Assembly (NCBI GenBank): GCA_945952465.1 | Contig: CAMFIB010000005.1 | Span: 20,820 to 84,819, forward strand | Length of the DNA stretch: 64,000 nt | Source: an uncultured Pseudomonadota bacterium | GTDB taxonomy: Bacteria > Pseudomonadota > Gammaproteobacteria > Burkholderiales > Burkholderiaceae_C | Direction of reading: 5' to 3' | In this document: positions 46,850-57,648 of the stretch, piece by piece | How the letters are laid out: every line of letters starts with the position of its first letter | How positions within the stretch are numbered: position 1 is the stretch's first letter | Position numbers and translations under genes: made by a program | The notes under the pieces: model-generated | Database searches by the model: none | Seen by the model: only the letters and a program-made list of their open reading frames with translations | Told to the model about the DNA's origin: nothing

Positions 46850-48010
46850 ATGGTTTCCGCTGACCCGGCCGGCAAGCCGGTGGTCGTGCTGGGCAGCGGC
46901 CTCGCCGGATGGACCACCGTGCGCGAGTTCCGCAAGCTCGACACCGTGACCCCGGTGGTGATGGTCACCGCCGACGACGGCCACTTCTACGCCAAACCCA
47001 CGCTGTCGAACGCCGTCGCGCAGAACCGCCAGCCCGCGCAGCTCGTCACCACGCCTGCCGAGGCCATGGCGGCCAATCTGAACGTGAGCCTGCTGACCCA
47101 GACCCGGGCGGAGGCCATCCGGCCGCACCAGCAGGAAATCGTCTTGCCCACGGGGCCGCTGGCCTACCGGCATCTGGTGCTGGCCACCGGCGCCCGGCCG
47201 ATCCGCGTGCCCATCGCCGGCAACGCCGCGCACCGCGTGCTGTCGGTCAATTCGCTCGACGATTTCGCCGTGTTTCACCCCGAACTGCAGCGCGGCCGCA
47301 CGGTGCTCGTCATGGGCGCCGGCCTGATCGGCTGCGAATTCGCCAACGATTTGATCGCCGGTGGCATCCAGGTCACGCTGGTCGACCCGGCGCCGCACCC
47401 CCTGGCCGCGCTGCTGCCGGCTGAAGCCGGTGCCGCGTTGCAGGCCGCGCTCGAGGCAGCGGGCGTGCGTTTTTGCCTGGGCACGACCGTGCAGGCGCTG
47501 GACGGCACGCCCGACGGCCGCACCCTAGCCACACTCGCCAACGGCGAGACTCTGGTTGCCGACGCGGTGCTCAGCGCGATCGGCCTGCGGGCCGACCTGT
47601 CGCTCGCGCAGGCCGCCGGCATCGCCTGCGACCGCGGCGTGCTGGTCGGCGACCAGCTCCAGACCAGCGCACCCAACATCCACGCACTCGGCGACTGCGC
47701 GCAGTACGCCAGCGCCGGCCACCTGACGCTGCCCTACGTCATGCCCATCATGCATGCCGCCAAGGCGCTGGCGGCCACTCTGGCGGGCCAACCAGCACAA
47801 CTGGCCTTTCCAGTCATGCCGGTGGCGGTCAAGACACCCGCGCTGCCGCTGGTGCTGCTGCCACCGCCCGCCAACACGGTGGGCGGCTGGACACGCGAAT
47901 CCGGCGAGCGCTGGGACTGGCTGGACGAGGCCGGCCGCCTGCGTGGCTTCGTGCTGGCGGGTGCGGCCACCCGGCAGCGGATGGCGATGAGCGCCGCGGT
48001 TCATCGGTAG
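46850..48010 (+). CDS. NAD(P)/FAD-dependent oxidoreductase, rubredoxin-reductase-like
   Basis: It starts 6 nt after the rubredoxin stop. The dinucleotide folds are VVVLGSGLAGW and VLVMGAGLIGCEFA. Confidence 0.82.
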   Translation: MVSADPAGKPVVVLGSGLAGWTTVREFRKLDTVTPVVMVTADDGHFYAKPTLSNAVAQNRQPAQLVTTPAEAMAANLNVSLLTQTRAEAIRPHQQEIVLPTGPLAYRHLVLATGARPIRVPIAGNAAHRVLSVNSLDDFAVFHPELQRGRTVLVMGAGLIGCEFANDLIAGGIQVTLVDPAPHPLAALLPAEAGAALQAALEAAGVRFCLGTTVQALDGTPDGRTLATLANGETLVADAVLSAIGLRADLSLAQAAGIACDRGVLVGDQLQTSAPNIHALGDCAQYASAGHLTLPYVMPIMHAAKALAATLAGQPAQLAFPVMPVAVKTPALPLVLLPPPANTVGGWTRESGERWDWLDEAGRLRGFVLAGAATRQRMAMSAAVHR

Positions 48011-48109
48011 TCCCCACAACGACGCGCCAGAGGGCGAGGTCTACAATTCCGCTCCTTGCGGCGCCTCCACGCGCGCCGTCGCGGCACCTCGGCCGCAGGA
48101 GAAAAACGG

Positions 48110-50434
<2,325 letters not shown>

Positions 50435-50587
50435 GCCTCAAACAACGAGCAAGCGCTAACTTTACCCGCCGCAGACACCCGCACACCCCTGCCTAATCGT
50501 TGGGCAGGGACTTGCTTTTCTGACGCGGATCGGTCACACTTTCGCTTTGAAATTTTCGGGTAAACCCGGAGGTTTGGAAGGGTTGTG

Positions 50588-50998
50588 ATGGCGCGGGTCG
50601 TGGCCGACAAAATCTATAAGTTAGGGCTCGCTTGGCTTTTCTGCGGTGCTGCCATCCTGGCGGCGCCCTCTGCTTCTGCCCGGGGAGAAATCCCCGGTGA
50701 CGTGTCGCAGCAAGCCAGCATCGCGTTGTCGGAACTGCCGCGGCAGGGGCGTGAAACCTATGCGTTGATTCACCAGGGCGGTCCTTTTCCATATGAAAAG
50801 GACGGTGTGGTGTTCGGCAACCGGGAACGCCAACTGCCCGGCAAGGTCAGAGGCTACTACCGCGAATACACGGTGAAGACCCCTGGCGCCCGCACCCGCG
50901 GTGCCCAGCGCATCGTGTGCGGCGGCCAACCCCGGACCCCGGACGTCTGTTACTACACCAACGACCATTACGCGAGCTTTCGCCGGATCGTTCAGTAA
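50588..50998 (+). CDS. Secreted guanyl-specific ribonuclease (N1/T1/Sa-barnase superfamily)
   Basis: A signal-like N-terminus (LAWLFCGAAILAAPSASA) precedes FPYEKDGVVFGNRERQLP, YYREYTV, RGAQRIV and YYTNDHYASF catalytic-type motifs. Confidence 0.8.
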   Translation: MARVVADKIYKLGLAWLFCGAAILAAPSASARGEIPGDVSQQASIALSELPRQGRETYALIHQGGPFPYEKDGVVFGNRERQLPGKVRGYYREYTVKTPGARTRGAQRIVCGGQPRTPDVCYYTNDHYASFRRIVQ

Positions 50999-51064
50999 CC
51001 GGCTCCCGCCAGACGGCCATTCGAAGGCCGCAGATATTTTTTGACTACTGAAAGAGTAACGAAG

Positions 51065-51466
51065 ATGGACATGACACTTCGTGGCATCAGACCCAACATC
51101 GTGCAGTCGATCCGCGCGTTCCGGGTCCAGGACCTGCAGGACGCTGCGAGCCACCTCGGCCAGCACTTCCTGTACGCCAACCTGGCCACCGCCCAATCCA
51201 AGCAGGACGTGCTCGACCTGATCGCTGGCCAGTTCACGCTGCCCGCGCACTTCGGCAAGAACTTCGACGCGCTGTACGACTGCATGACCGACCCGGTCCA
51301 CAAGTCGGGCCCGCAGCCCGGCTTCGTCGTCGTGCTCGAACAGATTCCGGCGAACGCCAAGTTCGACAAGGAAGCCCGCGAGCAGCTGCTCGACATCTTC
51401 CGCGACACCGCCGACTACTGGGGAGACCGGAAGATACCGTTCAGGTGTTTCTATTCTTTTCTGTAG
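51065..51466 (+). CDS. Barstar-family ribonuclease inhibitor
   Basis: It lies downstream of the RNase. NFDALYDCMTD and FVVVLE..P motifs are barstar-like. The start is ambiguous (TTG 51041 or ATG 51065). Confidence 0.75.
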   Translation: MDMTLRGIRPNIVQSIRAFRVQDLQDAASHLGQHFLYANLATAQSKQDVLDLIAGQFTLPAHFGKNFDALYDCMTDPVHKSGPQPGFVVVLEQIPANAKFDKEAREQLLDIFRDTADYWGDRKIPFRCFYSFL

Positions 51467-51499
51467 CCCGTTCTGCACAAGCCAGCCAAGCAGAACGGG
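51467..51499 (+). other. Strong 10-bp stem hairpin immediately after the barstar stop (no U-tract)
   Basis: cccgttctgc (51467-51476) pairs with gcagaacggg (51490-51499) around a 13-nt loop. Confidence 0.5.
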
Positions 51500-51688
51500 C
51501 GAATCAGGCTAACAGCGACGCCGTCACCGGCATCGAACTGACCACTGAAACCGGCGAGAAGATGCCCACCGACAAGCTCGTGGACGTTTCGCCGTTGGCG
51601 CTGCGCATGAGCAGCCCCTTCAACGCCGGGTACTGGCTCGCGGCCGCTTAATCAAGCGCCCACGCTCCCCGCTGCGCGTGCACCGTTC

Positions 51689-51714
51689 AAAAGGCCGGCT
51701 TCAGCCGGCCTTTT
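51689..51714. terminator. Bidirectional terminator; the rsmA stop codon lies in its loop
   Basis: aaaaggccggc-ttca-gccggcctttt forms an 11-bp stem flanked by A- and T-tracts. Confidence 0.7.
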
Positions 51715-52483
51715 GCTTTTCGGCGGCCAGCGCCTGCGCCAGCGCCACGTATTCGGCCACCGGCACTTCTTCGGCCCGGCGTTGCAGGTCGAAGGTGCCG
51801 CCGAAGGCCTTCTCTTCGAGCCAGCGGCCGAGGCTGTGGCGCAGCAGCTTGCGGCGCTGGCTGAACGCCACCTGCACCAGCTCGGTCAACAGCCCGAGAT
51901 CGATGGACGCCGGTGCGGCCAGCGGTTCCATCCGCACGACGGCGCTGTCGACACGCGGCGGCGGATCGAAGGCCTCCGGCGGAACGTGCAGCACGTTCTC
52001 CATCGCATAACGCCATTGCAGCATCACGCTGAGCCGGCCGTAGGCAGCGGTCGCCGGCACGGCCACCATGCGGTCCACCACTTCCTTCTGCAGCATGAAA
52101 TGCTGGTCGAGCACCACATCGACATGGTCGAGCAGGTGAAAAAGAATGGGCGTGGAGATGTTGTACGGCAGGTTGCCGACCACCCGCAGCTTTTTGCCGC
52201 CGTGTGTCGCCGCCAATGCGCTGAAATCGACCCGCAGCACGTCCGACTCGACGACCTGTAATTGCGGATGCTCCCGCAGGCGTTTCGCCAGGTCGCGGTC
52301 GAGTTCGATCACGGTCAACCGCCCGAGCCGCTCGACCAGCGGCTGTGTCAGCGCGGCAAGGCCTGGCCCGATCTCCACCATCGCATCGTCCGGCTTCGGC
52401 GCAATCGCCCGCACGATGCCGTCGATGATGGCGTCGTCGCTGAGGAAATGCTGACCGAAACGTTTGCGGGCTTGGTGCTTCAT
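51701..52483 (-). CDS. rsmA: 16S rRNA (adenine1518/1519-N6)-dimethyltransferase
   Basis: An internal ATG at 52483 gives [17 protein letters not shown]. The SAM motif is [11 protein letters not shown], and NLPYNISTP is present. Confidence 0.93.
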   Translation of the reverse strand: MKHQARKRFGQHFLSDDAIIDGIVRAIAPKPDDAMVEIGPGLAALTQPLVERLGRLTVIELDRDLAKRLREHPQLQVVESDVLRVDFSALAATHGGKKLRVVGNLPYNISTPILFHLLDHVDVVLDQHFMLQKEVVDRMVAVPATAAYGRLSVMLQWRYAMENVLHVPPEAFDPPPRVDSAVVRMEPLAAPASIDLGLLTELVQVAFSQRRKLLRHSLGRWLEEKAFGGTFDLQRRAEEVPVAEYVALAQALAAEKQKAG

Positions 52484-52602
52484 GACCTGCTCTCGGCGCC
52501 ATTTCCAGAGCCATGCGTCTTGCCGCCGGGCCGCTCCCAAGGCAAGACAGCCCCCTCGGGGGGCAGCGCGCTACACGCAGTGAGCAAGCGTGGGGGCCTT
52601 GT

Positions 52603-53994
52603 TCACTGTTGCGGCGGCTCGCGGAACTCGACGTAGGCGCGGCCGCGCACTTCCTGCGCCCAGTTCGTGTAGTTCTCGTCGGCGCGCTTCTCACGCACGG
52701 CGTTGCGGGCCAGCTCGCGCTGCTGCGAGGCGGTGAGTTGCTGGTCGCGCCGCTCCAGCACCTGGATCAGGTGCAGGCCGAAGCGCGACAGCAGCGGCTG
52801 CGAGATCTCGCCCGGCTGCAGGCCGTTCATGGTTTCCTCGAACTCGGGCACGAACTGCCCGGGAATCGACCAGCCGAGGTCGCCGCCGGCAGGTGCCGAG
52901 TTGTCCTGCGAGAACTCCTTGGCCAGCGCGGCGAAGTCGGCCTTTTCACTCAGCACGCGCTGGCGGAAGGACGCGAGCCGTTCGCGGCCCTGGGCTTCGG
53001 TCATCTTGGGGCTGATGCGCAGCAGGATGTGGCGTGCATGCGTCTGCCGGATCGAGGTCGGGATGCCGCCGGCCGTCTGGCGCTCGATCAGCTTGATGAC
53101 GTGGAAGCCGGCGCCGCTGCGCACCGGCGGCGCGATGCCGCCGTTGGACAGGTTGCGGGTGGCCTCGATGAACAGCGCGGGGTAGCGGCTGGCGGTGCGC
53201 ACGCCCATCACGCCGCCCTGGCGGCGTTCCGGGCCGGCCGACAGCTCGGCGGCCAGCGCGGCGAAGTCTTCGCCCTTCTGGGCGCGGTCGTAGGCGGCCT
53301 GCGCGCGGGCGCGCAGCGTGGCAACCTGCGCCGCCGTGGCCGACTCCGGCACCGCGATCAGGATCTGCGCGAGGTTCAGCTCGGTGCTGTCGGCGTCTGC
53401 CGCGGTGTTGGCCTGGTCGCGCAGGTATTGTTCGACATCGGCGTCGCTGATGCGGCCGCGGGCGTCGGTCTCGCGTTCGCGCACGCGGGTCAGCAGCAGC
53501 TGGTCGCGCACGTCCTGGCGGAACTGGTTCCAGAGAATGCCTTCGGTGTCCAGCCGCGTCTTGAGCGCTGCCACGCTGAGCTGGTTGTTGGACGCGATCT
53601 GGCCGATCGCCTGGTCGATCTGGGTGTCGTCGACCTTGATGCCGTTCTCGCGCGCCACCTGCAGTTGCGCGCGCTCGTTGATCATCTGCTCCAGCAGGCG
53701 GCGCGCGAGCTGGTCGCGCGGCGGCATCGCGGTGTTCTGCTGCTGCATCTGCTGCTCGGTGCGCAGCAGGCGGGCGCGCAGTTCGTTGTTGGTGATCGGC
53801 TCGGAGTTGACCACGGCGACGATGAAGTCGGCCGGCAGCGGGCCGCTCTGCGTGATGCGCTGGGTGGGCTGAGCGGCGATGCGGCCCGAGGGGCGCAGCG
53901 ACTGCGCCTGCGCGCTGGTGGCGGCGGCGCACAGGGCCACGGCCAGCAGGGCGGCGTGGGCGGCGGGCAGCGGTCGGAGGCGGGCGAGTGGCAT
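52603..53994 (-). CDS. surA: Periplasmic chaperone / peptidyl-prolyl isomerase SurA
   Basis: 463 aa with a signal peptide and two parvulin-like domains (HARHILL..., GGDLGW). It lies downstream of lptD. Confidence 0.9.
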   Translation of the reverse strand: MPLARLRPLPAAHAALLAVALCAAATSAQAQSLRPSGRIAAQPTQRITQSGPLPADFIVAVVNSEPITNNELRARLLRTEQQMQQQNTAMPPRDQLARRLLEQMINERAQLQVARENGIKVDDTQIDQAIGQIASNNQLSVAALKTRLDTEGILWNQFRQDVRDQLLLTRVRERETDARGRISDADVEQYLRDQANTAADADSTELNLAQILIAVPESATAAQVATLRARAQAAYDRAQKGEDFAALAAELSAGPERRQGGVMGVRTASRYPALFIEATRNLSNGGIAPPVRSGAGFHVIKLIERQTAGGIPTSIRQTHARHILLRISPKMTEAQGRERLASFRQRVLSEKADFAALAKEFSQDNSAPAGGDLGWSIPGQFVPEFEETMNGLQPGEISQPLLSRFGLHLIQVLERRDQQLTASQQRELARNAVREKRADENYTNWAQEVRGRAYVEFREPPQQ

Positions 53995-54007
53995 GGCGTT
54001 CGGTCGG

Positions 54008-56413
54008 TCAGTCGTATTGGGTGAAGCGGCTCGGTGACGTGGTCTGCTCGCGCAGGAACTGGTAGCGGGGAATGTTGTCCTTCAGCGTCTTCAGCGGGTT
54101 GGAGCCGAGGCGCGAGAAGCCCACCAGTTCGAGCTGGAACAGGATGCGCTGGTTGGCCGAGGTGCCGCTGCGCTGCAGCCGCTCCGCGACGATGCGGCCG
54201 ATCCAGCAACCGGCATCGTATTCCAGGCCGACGATGGAATCCACCATCTTGTTGTCCTGCAGGCTGTAGTTCAGCCTGCCCACACCATACCACCTTCCGG
54301 GGCCCTGGCCGCGGCCGGGGCCGAGGTTCAGGCCCTTGTCGCCCCAGAGGTCGTTGAGCGGCCACTGGAAGCCGACGTCGATCTGTTCGCTGGCCGGAAA
54401 CTGCGAGCCGTCGGCGCGCTGCAGCCGGTAGGCCGCGCTCAGCACGCGGTAGGGGCTGGGGCTGTAGCGGCCGCCGATGGTGGTGCGCACCGAGCGGCCG
54501 AGCTTCTGGTTGTATTGCACCGTGCCTTCGGCCGACCACTTGGGGTCGAAGCTGAGGCCCACACCGGCCAGCAAATCCGAAATGCGGTCGAGCTGCGGCG
54601 TGCCGCCGGGCAGGGTGACAAGCTGGTCCTTGAAGCGCAGCCGCTGCGCGACGCCGAAGCGCGCGGCCTCCGCGCCGGTCTGCGGGTCGAGCAGGCGCGT
54701 GGTGACGCCCAGCGTCAGCAGGTTGTTGTCCGAGATGCGGTCGTTGCCGCCGAAAGCGTTCTCGGTGTAGACGGTGGCGAAGTTGAAGTCGTTCGGCGCG
54801 GAGTCGTAGTTGGGCAGGAAATTCTGGTCGCGGAACGGCGTGTAGGTGTAGAACGCGCGCGGCTCCAGCGTCTGCACGAAGTCGCGGCCCAGCACCTGGG
54901 TCTTGCGCTCGAGGATGAGGCCGGAGTCCAGGCTGAGCGTGGGCAGCGCGCGGGTCTGCGAGTCGCGGCCGTTGGCCAGCGCGGCGTCGAACTGGTAGTT
55001 GGTGTAATGGAACTGCGCCTTCGGAATCACGAACCAGCCCGGCGCGACCCACGGCCGGCTGAGCTGCGCGATGGCGTAGCTGCGCGTCGCGTTGGGTTGC
55101 AGCGTGAGCGTGGGGTCCGACACGAAGTGCGTGGCGTCGGCCTCGAAGGACACGTCGAAGCCGCCGCCGATGTCGGTGCGGGTGTAGCGCGTGTTGAGCT
55201 GCGGCAACCGGTCGTAGGGCGGCGTGATGGGCGCGGTCACATCCTGCAGCGTCTGGAATTTCTGCACCCGCACCATGCTGGTCAGGTTGCCGTTCGACCA
55301 GTTCACCACCCCGTCATTGGACAGCAGGCGCTGGGTCAGCGACGCGGTGGCGCGCGGGAAGTCGCGCCAGTAGTTGTCGTCGCTCACGCGGTTCAGGTTG
55401 AGCGCATAGGAGAACGGCCCGAAGTCCGCCCAGCCGGTGTTCACCGTGCCGTTGTGCTGCGCGCTGTAGCCCCAGCGCTCGCGGTCGCGCAGCTTGTCGG
55501 TGGGCATGTAGTCGCCGCGCACCGTGCCGTTGTAGTTGGATTCGAGGTAGCGGAACTGCGCGCCGAGGTTGATGCCGCGCCGCGACATCAGCGAGGAGTA
55601 CAGCGTGGCGTCGCGGTTGGGCGCGATGTTCCAGTAGTACGGCAGCGTCAGGTCGAGGCCGCTCAGGTTGTCGATGCCCACCGTGGGCGGCAGGAAGCCG
55701 GACTTGCGCTTTTCCGACAGCGGGAAGTCGAACGACGGGAACGGCAGGATGGGTATGTCGAGGAAGCGCAGCGTCGCGCCTTCCGCCTGGCCCACGTCTT
55801 CTTCCTGGTCGAAGTCGAGCGTGGCGGCCTTCAGGATCCAGGCCGGCATCCAGTCGGGGCCACCGGTCGGCTTGCAGGTGGACAGGCTGGCGTTGCGCAT
55901 GATGCTGCGCTTGTCGTCGATGAAGTCGATGCGGTCGGCCTGGCCGTAGCTGTCGTTGCGCAGGAACTGGTAGCTCGGTTTCTCGAAGCTGCCCTGGAAG
56001 GCCTCGACCTTCAGGTCCAGCTTCTCGCCTTCGTAGACGTTGCCCGCGCGGTTCACGCGGACGTTGCCGTTGGCCTTCACCTGGTCGTCGGGCTGCGAAT
56101 AGTCGAGGTGGTCGGCCTTGATGACGGTGTCGGCGCGGCGCAGTTCGGCCTTGCCGTCGATCGTGGTGTCGAGGTCGGTCCGGCCGCTGATGGCGTCGCC
56201 GCGCACGAAGGTGGGGCGCTCCTTGCCGGCGTCGGGTGTCAGCAGCTCCTGCAGCATGGCCGAGGGCTTGAGCACCAGCGGCGCCTGCTCGGCCTCGTCT
56301 GCCAGCGCGGTGCCGCAGCAGGCGAGCAGCACCACGGCGGCGACGGGTGTGCGTGCCGGACGCAGCCTGCGCGGAGCGGTGGAAACCATCGGTGGTTGGC
56401 TGCGAAGGCGCAC
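54008..56413 (-). CDS. lptD: LPS assembly outer-membrane protein LptD
   Basis: 801 aa with a signal peptide, an OstA-like N-domain and a large beta-barrel. It is followed by surA and rsmA. Confidence 0.92.
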   Translation of the reverse strand: MRLRSQPPMVSTAPRRLRPARTPVAAVVLLACCGTALADEAEQAPLVLKPSAMLQELLTPDAGKERPTFVRGDAISGRTDLDTTIDGKAELRRADTVIKADHLDYSQPDDQVKANGNVRVNRAGNVYEGEKLDLKVEAFQGSFEKPSYQFLRNDSYGQADRIDFIDDKRSIMRNASLSTCKPTGGPDWMPAWILKAATLDFDQEEDVGQAEGATLRFLDIPILPFPSFDFPLSEKRKSGFLPPTVGIDNLSGLDLTLPYYWNIAPNRDATLYSSLMSRRGINLGAQFRYLESNYNGTVRGDYMPTDKLRDRERWGYSAQHNGTVNTGWADFGPFSYALNLNRVSDDNYWRDFPRATASLTQRLLSNDGVVNWSNGNLTSMVRVQKFQTLQDVTAPITPPYDRLPQLNTRYTRTDIGGGFDVSFEADATHFVSDPTLTLQPNATRSYAIAQLSRPWVAPGWFVIPKAQFHYTNYQFDAALANGRDSQTRALPTLSLDSGLILERKTQVLGRDFVQTLEPRAFYTYTPFRDQNFLPNYDSAPNDFNFATVYTENAFGGNDRISDNNLLTLGVTTRLLDPQTGAEAARFGVAQRLRFKDQLVTLPGGTPQLDRISDLLAGVGLSFDPKWSAEGTVQYNQKLGRSVRTTIGGRYSPSPYRVLSAAYRLQRADGSQFPASEQIDVGFQWPLNDLWGDKGLNLGPGRGQGPGRWYGVGRLNYSLQDNKMVDSIVGLEYDAGCWIGRIVAERLQRSGTSANQRILFQLELVGFSRLGSNPLKTLKDNIPRYQFLREQTTSPSRFTQYD

Positions 56414-56482
56414 GCGGCGTAGGTCGTCGGTGGTGGTGAAGGCGGGCGGGCGGTTGGCCCGGATTTGTAGAATGGATTATCC

Positions 56483-57568
56483 ATGAGTCCATCTCCCTCC
56501 ATTGTCTGGGCGGACCCGGCGCGCCAGCAGGCGTTCGAGGGTTGGCTCGCCGCCGTCGCGCCGACGCACCGGCTGCTCCCCGAAACCCTGCGCCTGGCCT
56601 CGGCCGACGCCAGCTTCCGCCGCTACTTCCGCCTGGATGCCGCCGATGGCGACTCCCGCATCGTGATGGACGCGCCGCCCGCCACCGAGAACAGCGAGCC
56701 CTTCGTGCGCATCGCCGGCCTGATGGCCGCCGCCGGCCTGCGGGTGCCGGAGGTGCTGGCCTGGGACCAGGCCAACGGCTTCCTGCTGCTGAGCGACCTG
56801 GGCCCCCAGACGCTGCTCGACGTGCTCGACTTCGACCACCCCGACGCCAACCGCCCGCACTACATGGCGGCGGCCGACGCGCTGGTGGCCTGGCAGAAGG
56901 CCTCGCAGCCCGGCGTGCTGCCGCCGTACGACGAAGCGCTGCTGCGGCGCGAGCTGCAGCTGTTCCCCGACTGGTACGTCGCGCGACACCGCGGCATCAC
57001 GCTCGACGACAAACAGCAGGCCACGCTGAACGCCGCCTTCGACGCCATCGTTCAACAGAACCTCACGGCACCCGCCGTCTACGTGCACCGCGACTTCATG
57101 CCGCGCAACCTGATGATCGCCGCCACGCCCCCCGGGGGGGCTGTCTCCGACGCCGGCCTCGGCGTGCTCGATTTCCAGGACGCGGTGTACGGCCCCATCA
57201 CCTACGACATCGCCAGCCTGATGCGCGACGCCTTCCACACCTGGGAAGAAGACTTCGTGCTCGACATCACGGTGCGCTACTGGCAGAAGGCGCTCAAGGC
57301 CGGCCTGCCGGTGGGGGCCGACTTCGGCGAGTTCTACCGCGGCGTGGAATGGATGGGCCTGCAGCGCCACCTCAAGGTGGCCGGCATCTTCGCGCGGCTC
57401 ACGCTGCGCGACGGCAAGCCCAAGTACCTGGCCGACACGCCGCGCTTCATCCACTACATCCGCGCCACCGCCGCACGCTACCGCGAACTGGCGCCGCTGC
57501 TGCGGCTGATCGACCAGATCGAGAACATCCAGACGCCGGTCGGGTTTGCCTACGGGCGCGTCGGCTAG
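56483..57568 (+). CDS. amgK: Aminoglycoside-phosphotransferase-fold kinase, N-acetylmuramate/N-acetylglucosamine kinase-like
   Basis: 361 aa with SADASFRRYFR and HRDFMPRNLM (kinase catalytic loop) and LDFQDA motifs. Its divergent position next to lptD matches Pseudomonas amgK. Confidence 0.7.
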   Translation: MSPSPSIVWADPARQQAFEGWLAAVAPTHRLLPETLRLASADASFRRYFRLDAADGDSRIVMDAPPATENSEPFVRIAGLMAAAGLRVPEVLAWDQANGFLLLSDLGPQTLLDVLDFDHPDANRPHYMAAADALVAWQKASQPGVLPPYDEALLRRELQLFPDWYVARHRGITLDDKQQATLNAAFDAIVQQNLTAPAVYVHRDFMPRNLMIAATPPGGAVSDAGLGVLDFQDAVYGPITYDIASLMRDAFHTWEEDFVLDITVRYWQKALKAGLPVGADFGEFYRGVEWMGLQRHLKVAGIFARLTLRDGKPKYLADTPRFIHYIRATAARYRELAPLLRLIDQIENIQTPVGFAYGRVG

Positions 57569-57583
57569 GCGCCGCAGCGCCGC

Positions 57584-57648
57584 TTTTGGCCATGAAATGC
57601 CGTTGCAGTCAGCGCCAAATGGCGCTTTGCAGCTATTGAATTTGTAGC
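57584..57648 (+). repeat. Copy A (reference copy) of the ~65-nt dispersed repeat family, abutting the rsmE start codon
   Basis: The sequence is ttttggccatgaaatgccgttgcagtcagcgccaaatggcgctttgcagctattgaatttgtagc. It contains the hairpin agcgcc-aaat-ggcgct. Confidence 0.65.

Noticed and set aside
54515-56492. 635-aa plus-strand ORF and 392-aa minus-strand alternative-frame ORF over lptD
   Set aside because: These are shadow frames of lptD.
57568-57587. Weak hairpin ggcgc-cgca-gcgcc followed by gctttt as the amgK terminator
   Set aside because: The stem is only 5 bp and it merges with the start of repeat copy A, so it is not annotated separately.
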